32,000 nt of DNA, taken from the sequence record MG948468.1; one strand, 5' to 3'. Every line of letters starts with the position of its first letter. The stretch's first letter is position 1. The DNA is from Pantoea phage vB_PagS_Vid5. Under the pieces are notes generated by a model. It did no database searches. It was not told the origin of the DNA and saw only the letters and a program-made list of their open reading frames with translations. Position numbers and translations under genes: made by a program. Shown in pieces: positions 1 to 9,563 of the stretch.

Positions 1-2172
1 GACATCGAAGAGCTAGACGTCACGCACTTTGGTGCTGTTTCCGACGCCATCACGGATGCTTCCGGTGCTTGCGAAAAGATGTTTGACTTTTTAAACGGGA
101 GTTATGCTAATTCCGTTAACCCGCGTGCGTCCACCTCACCTATTAAGTTCCCTGCCGGGACGTTCCTTGTAGCACCGCTTGACCTATCCGCTAAGGGTGT
201 GGTTACCAGTGCAGCAGCCTTGAAACTGGCACGTCAGCGCGTAGCATGGCGTCTTAACGGCCTTAAAGGAACTGGTATCGCTGCTGCTGGTGGAAACGCT
301 GCGACACCGGACAAAGTGGATCTGGACTATGTGAAGGCTAACAAACCTGAGCTTTACATGGATTGGTCTGTCCAGGAGAACCATAACGGTCGAAACCCGG
401 TAGGTTTCTTTGGGCTTGTGGGTCCGTCCGTTGATTATGGTAAAGCTGCTCAGACTACGATCATTAGTACCAAAGAAAATGACACTTATGTTTTCGATGT
501 GAAAGCTGGGTTAGTCGTTATCCACGGTATTCGCTTTAACGGGCAGAACCCTGACCGTCGCAACTGGACTACCGGGTACGGACCTGCTCCTGGTGCTGCG
601 CCGGACAACACACAAGGCTTCTTCCACAACTGGAAATCCGAAGCTCAGTATGTCAACGTAACCTGCTGCCACGCGGATAGCGTCGGTGGTTTTATGTTCG
701 ATATTATGGATTCGCTGGACTGCGAATTTAGCCAGATTTATTCTTCCTTGTGTTGGGGGGATATTATCCGCGCAGGTTGGAGTAACGCAGTCAATGGTAA
801 CTGGGATCACGGTACAGCACTTAAATTGGCTGACTGTAACTTCCAGTGGCACCAGGGTATCACGCCTCTTCGCCTGGTTAAAATCGGTCAGTGTCAGATC
901 AGTAACGTATGGATAGAGCACTCACTTTGTCCGGCAGACCTGCACGATTGTCAGGCTACTGTGGACACCCTTTGTGTTGAGTCAAGCGCGTATTCTGTGC
1001 AAGCATACGGTTCACGTATCGTGATGACGCAGTTCTCGAACCCGACAGGTGTTCAGTTCGACGTTACAACTAAACCGTATCTGGATAACGGTTCGAATAA
1101 CCCTGATTGGCATTCTTACTATGAGCAGCCTGACAAGTCCCAGTTTGCTGCGTGGAATAAGTATTATCCTGTTCCTCAAGGTTCCAAGATTGAGATTAAG
1201 AACAGCGCATACGAAAACGGATTTGTACGTATCGAGAACTTCGGTATGGAAATCGACGGTTCTGTCAAGCCGGGTTGGATAGCGGGTCACAGTATTCGAA
1301 ACCCTACCGACGCAGAAGCATGGGTGTTAGTTGGTCTACTGGAAATGCAGCAGAACGAAGTCAACTATACCTTCACGCAAATCGCAGCTGACCTTGCAGC
1401 ATGGATCCAGGCTCGTAACGATGCTGTTGCAGCGGACCCAAGCGGGGCCACTAAACCGTACACAGACGCTGAAATTGCAACGAAGAAGGGCCAGCTCCGT
1501 ACCGCTTTCGAGAAAGATAAGAACTTAATGTCTCAGTTCCAAATTGAGATTTTAGGAAGCAGATTTATCGACTCGGGAACAACGGACTCGCAGAGCATTA
1601 AGTTGCCAAAACAATTGTCGGGTGTTAACGAAGATAAAAGCGCCTTAGCAAATGGTAACCCAGGCAAGACGCTGATCAACATTATGCATCTTAAGACTGC
1701 TAACTCCACATCTACTAACTCATCTGGACAAACCAGCGTCTGGCACGAGAACGATAGTTGTGTGCTGGAAGTGGTGACAACCAGTTGGCACAGTGTTCCT
1801 CAGATTTGGGTTCGACTTGCACCTCGTACATTTGCGGCCTCTGTGTTCATTCATGGAAACGGTGTGTCTCGCTTCCAAGCGGGTTCTTGCTCCAGATTTG
1901 TATTTAACGGTTTCCGTCAAGCTATGAAGCCTGGTGCCGCGGGCTCTATTACGGTCGATGGTGGTGTGCAACCTGTGGTTAATAAATGGGCCATCCACAC
2001 AGACAAAGCAGGTCTGGGGCTCAACCACGATGGTTCCATTACGCTTAAGACAATTGCACCCCCAAGACTGCCGGCAGCTATCACACTGGCTGACGTTGGT
2101 GCGTGGACAACGGTTGTAGGCCCTGACGGCGTGCAGTATGCTATGCCTTTGTTCAAGATCCCTACAGCTTAA
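1..2172 (+). CDS. Beta-helix (pectate-lyase-3-like) tailspike or appendage protein, 5'-truncated by the window edge
   Basis: Frame 1 is open from base 1 (DIEELDVTHFGAVSDAITDASGACEKMFDF...), so the ATG at 79 in the ORF track is probably internal. The 'DVTHFGAVSDAITDASGA' segment matches the N-terminal FGAxgDgxtDdt motif of pectate-lyase-3-type beta-helices. Stop TAA at 2170-2172. Confidence 0.7.
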   Translation, partial: DIEELDVTHFGAVSDAITDASGACEKMFDFLNGSYANSVNPRASTSPIKFPAGTFLVAPLDLSAKGVVTSAAALKLARQRVAWRLNGLKGTGIAAAGGNAATPDKVDLDYVKANKPELYMDWSVQENHNGRNPVGFFGLVGPSVDYGKAAQTTIISTKENDTYVFDVKAGLVVIHGIRFNGQNPDRRNWTTGYGPAPGAAPDNTQGFFHNWKSEAQYVNVTCCHADSVGGFMFDIMDSLDCEFSQIYSSLCWGDIIRAGWSNAVNGNWDHGTALKLADCNFQWHQGITPLRLVKIGQCQISNVWIEHSLCPADLHDCQATVDTLCVESSAYSVQAYGSRIVMTQFSNPTGVQFDVTTKPYLDNGSNNPDWHSYYEQPDKSQFAAWNKYYPVPQGSKIEIKNSAYENGFVRIENFGMEIDGSVKPGWIAGHSIRNPTDAEAWVLVGLLEMQQNEVNYTFTQIAADLAAWIQARNDAVAADPSGATKPYTDAEIATKKGQLRTAFEKDKNLMSQFQIEILGSRFIDSGTTDSQSIKLPKQLSGVNEDKSALANGNPGKTLINIMHLKTANSTSTNSSGQTSVWHENDSCVLEVVTTSWHSVPQIWVRLAPRTFAASVFIHGNGVSRFQAGSCSRFVFNGFRQAMKPGAAGSITVDGGVQPVVNKWAIHTDKAGLGLNHDGSITLKTIAPPRLPAAITLADVGAWTTVVGPDGVQYAMPLFKIPTA

Positions 2173-2180
2173 GGAAACAT

Positions 2181-2690
2181 ATGGCAATCGAACTGATCGT
2201 GGAGGACGGGACAGGGAAGCCCGACTCTAATACTTACGCAAGTCTCGATTATGTTCGCAACTACGCTGAGTCACTCGGCGTAGTTTTACCTTCTGAAGAT
2301 GAGCAGGTAAAAGTGAGCATGATGCAGGCTATGCAATTTATCGAGGCTATGGAATCCCGTATGCGTGGGCAGCGGGTGTTAGCCACACAAGCACTGTCAT
2401 GGCCTCGCACAGGTGTTTACATTCGCAACCACCTCAACGCGTACAATGTGATCCCTACGGAATTAAAGAAAGCTCAGGCTCAGCTTGTGCTGGACATTAA
2501 GGAAGGTGGGCCCCTGTACGTCGTTAAGCAGGCCTACGCGCTCAAGCGTCGTAAACTTGAAGGCCTCGAGCAAGAGTGGGCTGTGCCGGGCACTGGTGCG
2601 GCTAGTTTATCGAATGCTCATGCCGTGTTTTACAACCTAATGACGAACCTTGTTATACAGGGTGCGACATCCAGTAGAGTGGTGAGATAA
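2181..2690 (+). CDS. Head-tail connector / neck protein (DnaT-like ssDNA-binding-fold family)
   Basis: 169 aa with 'NTYASLDYVRNYAESLG...ALSWPRTGVY', typical of neck proteins upstream of gp10-like genes. TAATG overlap with the next gene. Confidence 0.65.
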   Translation: MAIELIVEDGTGKPDSNTYASLDYVRNYAESLGVVLPSEDEQVKVSMMQAMQFIEAMESRMRGQRVLATQALSWPRTGVYIRNHLNAYNVIPTELKKAQAQLVLDIKEGGPLYVVKQAYALKRRKLEGLEQEWAVPGTGAASLSNAHAVFYNLMTNLVIQGATSSRVVR

Positions 2691-3067
2691 TGGCGATATA
2701 CGATGAGTTCCTCGCTATGGCTAAGGAAATGTTGGACGACCCTGAAATCGGAGCGAACTGTAGTGTGGTTACTACTGCAACGATCGTCCCTGACCCTGCC
2801 AAGCCTTGGATCAAAGAGACGGTGAACGTCACTAAGCCGGTAAGGGCTTTTCGTAGCAACCAGAAGAATAAGATGGTCGATGGTTCTTTAGTTGGTGCAG
2901 GGGAAGCTGCTTTTATCAGTTACCCCCCTGAAGGTGGTATCGCTAAGGAGCAGGCGCTGGGTTCGACCTTTGTTGACGGGTTCGGTAAAAGTTGGAAGGT
3001 TTTGGGCTTCGAGGTGCTTGCACCTGCGACGGTGGAGATCCTTTACACTTACAGGGTTCAACAATGA
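2690..3067 (+). CDS. Probable head-tail connector/head completion protein
   Basis: 125 aa, position between connector and gp10-like gene, tightly coupled ATGA junction downstream. Confidence 0.5.
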   Translation: MAIYDEFLAMAKEMLDDPEIGANCSVVTTATIVPDPAKPWIKETVNVTKPVRAFRSNQKNKMVDGSLVGAGEAAFISYPPEGGIAKEQALGSTFVDGFGKSWKVLGFEVLAPATVEILYTYRVQQ

Positions 3068-3468
3068 GTTTCAGTAGCGGTTTTGCTGTGCTTAGCGAGC
3101 AAGCTATTGTCCACAGCGTTAAACAAGCAAAAGATGTTGCTAAGTCATTCACCCATGCTGTGATAGACGGTACACCTGTAAAGACTGGTGCGCTGAAAGG
3201 CGACTGGAGCGCTACCACTCAGGGCCCTGCAATTCGTGCCGACAGACCATTGGATCCGATGGGCATATCCACGAAAATGCGTATCGACCAATTCATAGAC
3301 ACGTTGCCCACTAAGTCCGATTGGTTGTTCCATTTTACGAATACGAAACCCTATGCTTACAAGGCCGAATTTTTGGGCTTGAGTGCGCAGGCCCCTTATG
3401 GTATGGTGCGGATACAGATCTCCAAGCTTGCGCAATTCGTTAGGTCAGCAACAGGTGGTGTTCGATGA
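3064..3468 (+). CDS. HK97-gp10-like head-tail/minor tail protein
   Basis: The ORF track starts at 2992, but ATG at 3064 (MSFSSGFAVLSEQ...) forms an ATGA overlap with the previous stop. 'GTPVKTGALKGDWSAT...' is characteristic of gp10-like proteins. Confidence 0.65.
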   Translation: MSFSSGFAVLSEQAIVHSVKQAKDVAKSFTHAVIDGTPVKTGALKGDWSATTQGPAIRADRPLDPMGISTKMRIDQFIDTLPTKSDWLFHFTNTKPYAYKAEFLGLSAQAPYGMVRIQISKLAQFVRSATGGVR

Positions 3469-3926
3469 ATGGTGTATTTAGCTGGATACCAGATGCTCTG
3501 AAGTCCATGGTTGTTGCTGCTGTACCCGACCTAGCTGAAGAGGATCGTGTTTACTGGAAGAACTGGGCGTTCACTCCGGACCCTACCAAACCATGGATTA
3601 AACCTGTATTCATACCTGCTGAAGAGTACGGTGTAACACTGGGGGACAATGGGGACAACGAAACAAACGGGTTTTTCCAGATTAACATTTATTCCCCGAT
3701 AAATATAGGGGATGAATTATCGCAAGAACTCTGTCGTCGGTTAAACGCTGCATTCAAAATTCCACAGCGTATACCAGCGCCAGAAGGTTGTATGTTACGT
3801 CTTACTAATAAAGGTTTTTCAACCGGTGGACAAACCAGTGTCAACGACTTCGGCAAAGGTGGAGCGGACGATAACTGGGATGTCAACTTTATAACTGTGT
3901 ACTGGCTCGCACGTGAGCCGCGATAG
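3465..3926 (+). CDS. Tail terminator-like protein
   Basis: 153 aa, conserved position between gp10-like and tail tube genes; ATGA overlap at 3465-3468. Confidence 0.55.
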   Translation: MNGVFSWIPDALKSMVVAAVPDLAEEDRVYWKNWAFTPDPTKPWIKPVFIPAEEYGVTLGDNGDNETNGFFQINIYSPINIGDELSQELCRRLNAAFKIPQRIPAPEGCMLRLTNKGFSTGGQTSVNDFGKGGADDNWDVNFITVYWLAREPR

Positions 3927-3940
3927 TAGAGGATTTTAAA

Positions 3941-4873
3941 ATGGCCCAAGGCTCACGTTTTACCAGCATGTTCGTCAAGGAGACCTCTAGCGGTGTGACA
4001 CCTGCTGCACCAGTATTCCAGGTCTTCCGTGCAACTCAAAGCGGTCTAGACATTAACATCAGTACGCTGGAGTCCGAAGAGATTCGCGACGATGCGGAGG
4101 TTGCTGATTTCCGTCTGGGCACGCGAAGTGTAGAAGGTACTGTCAGCGGTGAGCTGTCGTTTGGCACCTTTGATCTGCTCATTGCTGCTGCGTTACGCGG
4201 CGACTGGGCTAACAATGTGGTTAGTGGTGCAATTGCTCGTCCGTCGTTTACCTTCGTTGACTACAACGCAGATATTCCGGACAAACCGTACACCATTTAT
4301 CGCGGGTGTGAGATTAACACCATGACGATTACGGTTAGTGCTGCTGCAATGACCACAATCGAGTTCGGCGTTGTCGGTCGTACCATGGAACAGTCTACCA
4401 CCTTGCCGGCGGGTTCCACTGTTAGCCCGCGTACCACCACCTCACCGATGGATGGTTTCTCTGGTGCATTGCGTGAAGCGGGTCAACCTATCAGCGTTAT
4501 CACCGAGCTGAGCTTCCAGGTTGAAAACGGCATCGAGTCGCGCTTCGTTGTTGGTTCTAAGTTCTCAATTACCCCGAGCTCTGGTCGCCGTCAGGTTACT
4601 GGTTCGCTTACTGCGTACTTTGAAGACAACAAACTGCGTGATAAGTTCCTGAACGAAGTTGAAACAGCTATCGAGCTGGAACTGCTGGATCCTACCGATC
4701 CGGACAATAAGTATATCATCAGTGTCCCACGCGTTAAGATCACAGAAGCACCACGTCCTATTGACGGGGAGGGTGACATCATGTTAAATATGTCCTACCG
4801 CGGCTTGTTAAGTGCTGCCGCTGGTCACTCAATCCAAATTACGCGTGAACTTGCAGATGCAGGCACGCCTTAA
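3941..4873 (+). CDS. Major tail tube protein
   Basis: 310 aa, 'MAQGSRFTSMFVKETSSGVTPAAPVFQVFRATQSGLDIN...' is typical of siphovirus tail tube proteins; located just before the tail chaperones. Confidence 0.75.
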   Translation: MAQGSRFTSMFVKETSSGVTPAAPVFQVFRATQSGLDINISTLESEEIRDDAEVADFRLGTRSVEGTVSGELSFGTFDLLIAAALRGDWANNVVSGAIARPSFTFVDYNADIPDKPYTIYRGCEINTMTITVSAAAMTTIEFGVVGRTMEQSTTLPAGSTVSPRTTTSPMDGFSGALREAGQPISVITELSFQVENGIESRFVVGSKFSITPSSGRRQVTGSLTAYFEDNKLRDKFLNEVETAIELELLDPTDPDNKYIISVPRVKITEAPRPIDGEGDIMLNMSYRGLLSAAAGHSIQITRELADAGTP

Positions 4874-4889
4874 TCAATAGGTGATATAA

Positions 4890-5330
4890 ATGGCCCGTAC
4901 CCCTCGTTCAGTGAAGAAAGACGTAACAACAGAAGCAGCAAAGAAGGCTGTTTCTAAAAGTTATAAGGACTACCAGATGACATCTTCTTTGGAAGGTAAC
5001 TTCCACAAAGTGGATTTCAGTTTTCCTGGTATCGAGGGTACGGGCCACCATCTTATGATCCGTAGTCGTTATAGCAAGGAATACCGTGAAGCGGAAGCAC
5101 GCGCTGCACGTCAGATCCGCGCTTTAGCGGTTGCGAAAGGTCCAAATGAAGAGTTGGATCCGGAGCTGTTAAAAAGTATCCAGGATACTGCTTTTGCTGC
5201 ACTGGTAGAGTCCTGGACCTTCGAAGAGGATTGCAACAGTGTTAACGTTGTAGACTTCTTTACCGAAAACCCTCACATGTATGAACTCGTTAACGTAGAA
5301 GCCGCAACGGACAGTAATTTTTTCAAATAG
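4890..5330 (+). CDS. Tail assembly chaperone (G-like)
   Basis: 146 aa, between tube and tape measure genes, ending just past a T TTT TTC slippery heptamer. Confidence 0.7.
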   Translation: MARTPRSVKKDVTTEAAKKAVSKSYKDYQMTSSLEGNFHKVDFSFPGIEGTGHHLMIRSRYSKEYREAEARAARQIRALAVAKGPNEELDPELLKSIQDTAFAALVESWTFEEDCNSVNVVDFFTENPHMYELVNVEAATDSNFFK

Positions 5331-5707
5331 CGCGCAAGCAGCTAATCGACTTTGCCCTTTCAGAGTGGAAAATGAAAACTCCCCCGCACGGGAGTACCGT
5401 TTCCACTCTTGATCATTTATTAAAGGTCGAGAAAGCTTCTGGTAAGACGCCTTCGCAACTCATTGAGTACCGCAAGAACAAGTGTCCTCCGTCATTACAG
5501 TACGTGCTAGCATATTTTTACGACTTTTACAACGGCTACGAATTCAGTTATACTGAGCTTCAATCCTGGCAAAGCTTCAGCGGTGTGGAGCTCGATTATT
5601 GTGAAGCTGAATTAATACGCCAACTTTGCCTCGAAAAAGAAGCCTTCAACTTTAAGCGTAGCCAAGCCGCTATCGATGCAGATAAGGGCAAAACGAGGAA
5701 GCGATAA
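4890..5707 (+). CDS. Predicted -1 frameshift fusion tail assembly chaperone (GT-like)
   Basis: Slippery site T_TTT_TTC at 5318-5324 in frame with 4890. After a -1 shift the frame is open (CAA ATA GCG CGC AAG CAG CTA ATC GAC ... TGG AAA ATG AAA ACT) straight into the 5372..5707 ORF; predicted product about 272 aa. Confidence 0.8.
5318..5324 (+). promoter_or_regulatory. Programmed -1 ribosomal frameshift slippery heptamer TTTTTTC
   Basis: Zero-frame codons AAT TTT TTC AAA TAG; heptamer phasing X_XXY_YYZ is correct. Confidence 0.8.
5372..5707 (+). CDS. Downstream chaperone ORF (T-like part), probably expressed mainly as the frameshift extension
   Basis: 111 aa, with an open reading frame upstream to the slippery site; TAATG overlap with tape measure. 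Confidence 0.6.
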   Translation: MKTPPHGSTVSTLDHLLKVEKASGKTPSQLIEYRKNKCPPSLQYVLAYFYDFYNGYEFSYTELQSWQSFSGVELDYCEAELIRQLCLEKEAFNFKRSQAAIDADKGKTRKR

Positions 5708-8700
5708 TGTCCGATTTGGGCTTAATTACGGTAAGAATCAAAACGGACGGTGTCGCTACTGCTGACGCCGCCCTGCGCAGCCTAGGACGAACTGGTGACG
5801 GTACTCAGCGTAGCGTTACCGGTCTTTCCCAAACCTTTAACACTGCATCTGGTAGTGCAAGCGGTTTAACCACATCAGCGGGTCGCCTAGAAGCGGCCCT
5901 TACTGGTCTTGTGAGCCTGTCGGCTATTAAACAGTTAGCAGAACTGTCCGATACCTGGACTGTACTCACTAACAAACTGGAGTTAGCACGCAAGGCGAAC
6001 GAAAGTGTCTCTGAGGTGCAACAGCGTGTGTTCGAGATAGCACAGGCCAGCCGTACAGACCTTAGTGCAACCGCAACCCTGTATTCGCGCCTTGAGCGTG
6101 CGATGCGTAACACGGGCAAAGGTGGTGCAGAACTTGGGCGCATTGTAGAAACCGTCAACAAAGCGATGGTGGTGTCCGGTGCAACCAGTGCGGAGTCGAG
6201 TGCTGCGCTTATTCAGTTCTCACAGGCAATGGCGTCAGGTGTACTGCGTGGAGATGAATTCCGCTCCGTAGCAGAACAGGCACCTCGTTTAACACAGTTG
6301 CTGTCCGATGCGTTGGGTGTCGGTATTGGTAAGCTTCGCGAACTTGCGTATAGCGGCCAGTTGACTGCTGACGTTGTGATCAAAGCGCTGGAACGTGCAT
6401 CCGATACCATTGACAAAGAATTCTCCCGTACCTTACCGACCTTTAGTCAGAACTGGACCATTGCGACGAACAATGTGGTTAAGTTCTTTGGGGAAAGCGA
6501 TAAAGGTCGTGCCGCTGTTGTAGCACTGGGTTCAGCTATCGTATCTTTGTCTGAAAACCTGGATACCGTTACAATCGCTGCTGGCGCTCTTGCTACCATA
6601 TTAACAGCAAGACTTATTACTTCTATCCAACAGAAAACTGTTGCGTCCGTACTTGCTTACAAAGCCGACATGCAAATGGCAGCGCAGCAGAAGGCTACTA
6701 ACGCCGTTATGCAGTCGAGCGTCGGGGTAATGGCGACTAAGGCGAGTGCTGACCGCGCTGCCGCTGCTACCGCGCTACAATTGGCCCGTGCTGAGGTAGT
6801 TGTAGCGAAGGCTGCTGGTGACGCTACCGCTGCGAAGGTTGCACTCACCGCCGCAACAGTTGCTCACCGAACTGCTGTAATCGCGGAAATAACCGCTAAG
6901 CAGAATCTGGGCGTTGCGCTGGAAAATGCAAGCGTTTCGATGAGCCGCTTTAATGGTGTAATGGCTGTCGGGCGTGGCCTCCTGGGGCTGTTAGGTGGTC
7001 CGCTGGGTGTCATCATGCTTGCCGCTGCTGGTTGGGCTGCTTACAGCCAGGCAAATGACGTTGCTGTTAAGAGTGCAAATGACTTCGCCGATAGTGCAGA
7101 CACTGTAATCGACCGCTTAGGTCAAATGACTAAAGCGCAGCGCGACGCTACTGCCGCAAGAGCTGCTGACGAACTGGATACGTTAGTCGAGAACAATGGT
7201 AAGTTATCTGATTCCGTAAACGAGATCACTCTTAAGTTAGAGGGTCAGAGAGCTATGCAATCGCAGGTGCAAAAGGGCACCGCGACATGGAACGACTGGC
7301 AGAAAGAGATTGACCAAAGCACGCGTGCCTTGGCTAAAGCTGTGGAAGAATTGGAAGCCAACCAACGGCGCCAGGCCAATGCACAAAATATTATCAACTC
7401 GGCACAGAACGATGCTATCCCAATTCTGGACGAGATCATTTCCCAGTACCAGAGATTGCATCAGGTCGGTGCTACGATAGAGATCGGGGATGTCGCTGGG
7501 GACTTGCAGAAAAAGCTGAGCGACGCAAGCCGTGACCTGGATGTGGTTACAATGAAAGCTGCCGGTAACGGCAAGCAATCTAAAGTCTACTCTGAGCTTA
7601 TCAAAGACCTCGGTAAGTCCGCAGACCAGTGGGATGCATCCGCTAAGAGGGCTGCAAGCGGTCAGTTGACCATGGCTAATGCAGCAAACGATAGTGAACG
7701 TGCTCTCGTTAAACTTGCTGCCGTATATGGCAAGACTTACGAAGCTCAAGAAAAGATCAGCGGGGATAAGAAAGCTAAATCCGCAGCGGACCGTAACGCC
7801 AAAGCAATGGAAACCAATGCGCAGCGCTGGGCGAAGTCCTACGAACGTATTACAGCATCCGGTGCTGACGCGCTTGCTAAGCTTTCGATCCAGCAAGCGT
7901 CGGAATTACGCATCATGGAGCAAAGTGGTGCTAAAGCGCAAGCATCACAGGAACAGTTAGCGCAAGCCCGTTTATCCATTGAAGAAAAATATGCTAAGTT
8001 ACGTCAGGACTTAGTGGATAAGTACAGCAGCGAACGTAAGACGCAAAGCGATTATAACGAACAGCTTAAAGACATCCAGGCGTTGGAGAGTGCTAAGCTG
8101 TTAACCACAGAGCAGGCTGCTCGGGCACGTGCGGATGTGGAAGGTAAGTACATGCGTGCGCAGCGTGACATGGTTGTGCAGAATGCGGTGTCGCAAAAGG
8201 ACCAGCTGAAAGCGACTTACGACCCGTTACAGGAGGCGCAGAACCAATATACGCAGCAGTTAGCTCTGCTGGAATGGTATCACCAGCAAGGTCTAGTTAG
8301 CGAAGAAAACTATGCTAAAGAGCGCAGCCGGTTGTATGGCGTGAACCTGCAAAATCAGATGAATGCTCAGAATCAGACTACTATGAGCTATCTGGATTCT
8401 GCCTCCACTATGGCGGGTAGCTTTGCGAGCGTGTTGGCAGCAGCAGGGGACCAAAGTAGCGGAGCTTACAAAGCGATGTTTGCTATGTCCAAAGCGTTTG
8501 CTATTGCGGAAGCAACAATGAAACTCTCCGTTGCAATAGCACAAGCGATGGCGGATCCTACAGCTATTACCCCAGCGCAGAAGTTCGCAAACTACGCAAC
8601 GGTAGCGGCTAGCGGCGCAGCGTTAATCAACAGTATTATGAGCGCTAGTATGACGGGTATGGCCCATGATGGTATAACGGATATCCCTAAAGAGGGTACA

Positions 8701-8970
8701 TGGCTGCTTCAGAAGGGTGAACGTGTCCTGAGTGCGCAGCAAAACGCCGATTTCACCAACTACATGAAAGGGAATAATAACAGTAATAGCGGAACATCAG
8801 GTAAGGGTGTTACTATCGTGCAACACATCGCAGTAAACGGTAATGGTGACAAAGCACTGACCCAGGCAATGCAGAAAGCAGCCCAGGACGGTGCGGATAT
8901 GGGCTACGCTAAATCCGTTGCTGATGTCACTACAAACCGCGGACAAATCAGTAGAGCTATCGGGAGATAA
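5707..8970 (+). CDS. Tape measure protein
   Basis: 1087 aa, long Ala/Gln/Lys-rich helical protein with a typical N-terminal tape-measure domain ('SVSEVQQRVFEIAQASRTDLSATATLYSRLERAM...LRGDEFRSVAEQAPRLTQLLSDALGV'). Confidence 0.92.
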   Translation: MSDLGLITVRIKTDGVATADAALRSLGRTGDGTQRSVTGLSQTFNTASGSASGLTTSAGRLEAALTGLVSLSAIKQLAELSDTWTVLTNKLELARKANESVSEVQQRVFEIAQASRTDLSATATLYSRLERAMRNTGKGGAELGRIVETVNKAMVVSGATSAESSAALIQFSQAMASGVLRGDEFRSVAEQAPRLTQLLSDALGVGIGKLRELAYSGQLTADVVIKALERASDTIDKEFSRTLPTFSQNWTIATNNVVKFFGESDKGRAAVVALGSAIVSLSENLDTVTIAAGALATILTARLITSIQQKTVASVLAYKADMQMAAQQKATNAVMQSSVGVMATKASADRAAAATALQLARAEVVVAKAAGDATAAKVALTAATVAHRTAVIAEITAKQNLGVALENASVSMSRFNGVMAVGRGLLGLLGGPLGVIMLAAAGWAAYSQANDVAVKSANDFADSADTVIDRLGQMTKAQRDATAARAADELDTLVENNGKLSDSVNEITLKLEGQRAMQSQVQKGTATWNDWQKEIDQSTRALAKAVEELEANQRRQANAQNIINSAQNDAIPILDEIISQYQRLHQVGATIEIGDVAGDLQKKLSDASRDLDVVTMKAAGNGKQSKVYSELIKDLGKSADQWDASAKRAASGQLTMANAANDSERALVKLAAVYGKTYEAQEKISGDKKAKSAADRNAKAMETNAQRWAKSYERITASGADALAKLSIQQASELRIMEQSGAKAQASQEQLAQARLSIEEKYAKLRQDLVDKYSSERKTQSDYNEQLKDIQALESAKLLTTEQAARARADVEGKYMRAQRDMVVQNAVSQKDQLKATYDPLQEAQNQYTQQLALLEWYHQQGLVSEENYAKERSRLYGVNLQNQMNAQNQTTMSYLDSASTMAGSFASVLAAAGDQSSGAYKAMFAMSKAFAIAEATMKLSVAIAQAMADPTAITPAQKFANYATVAASGAALINSIMSASMTGMAHDGITDIPKEGTWLLQKGERVLSAQQNADFTNYMKGNNNSNSGTSGKGVTIVQHIAVNGNGDKALTQAMQKAAQDGADMGYAKSVADVTTNRGQISRAIGR

Positions 8971-8972
8971 CA

Positions 8973-9563
8973 ATGGCTACATTAGAATGGCCTGCTGGTC
9001 TGAGACCTGCCACTCTTAACTGGGATCTTAAAAGTAACGGTACAGTGTTCCAGAGCCCCTTCAACGGGGCCACACAGACCATTCGCTTTCCTGGTTCCGC
9101 ATGGGTAGCGGAAATGACCTTTGTAAGTTTGGACGATTACGAAGCACGCGAGTTAGAAGCTATTATTTTTCAGTTAGACGGTTATGCAGGGCGCGTTAAG
9201 TTGCGAGATTACGGTCGCATACCGCCCGCTGTGCGTGGAGCACCTGTGGTTAATGGTGCAGGTCAGAGTGGTATGGCGTTGTCGAGCAGGGGTTGGACAC
9301 CTAGCGTTAAAGTGCTGTCACGCGGGGACTATATTACCGTTAATGATGAACTTAAGTTTGTGACCGCGGATGTCACGTCCAGCACGGATGGTAGAGCCGT
9401 TATTCCCATTGCACCGATGATCCGCCAGTCCCCTGCAAATGGTGCTTCAATCGAAGTCGCTAACCCTTATGGCGTGTTCCGTGTGAGCAACGATCAGAAC
9501 GGGGTGCAGCGTAAACCTGCATTCGATAACGGCTTTACTTTGAACTTAATCGAGGCTTTCTAA
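8973..9563 (+). CDS. Distal tail / minor tail protein
   Basis: 196 aa directly after the tape measure; 'MATLEWPAGLRPATLNWDLKSN...FQSPFNGATQTIRFPGSAWVAEMTF'. Confidence 0.6.
   Translation: MATLEWPAGLRPATLNWDLKSNGTVFQSPFNGATQTIRFPGSAWVAEMTFVSLDDYEARELEAIIFQLDGYAGRVKLRDYGRIPPAVRGAPVVNGAGQSGMALSSRGWTPSVKVLSRGDYITVNDELKFVTADVTSSTDGRAVIPIAPMIRQSPANGASIEVANPYGVFRVSNDQNGVQRKPAFDNGFTLNLIEAF

Noticed and set aside
7237-7896. 219-aa - strand ORF inside the tape measure gene
   Set aside because: Antisense to a clear tape measure coding region; Cys/Leu-rich composition typical of spurious antisense frames.
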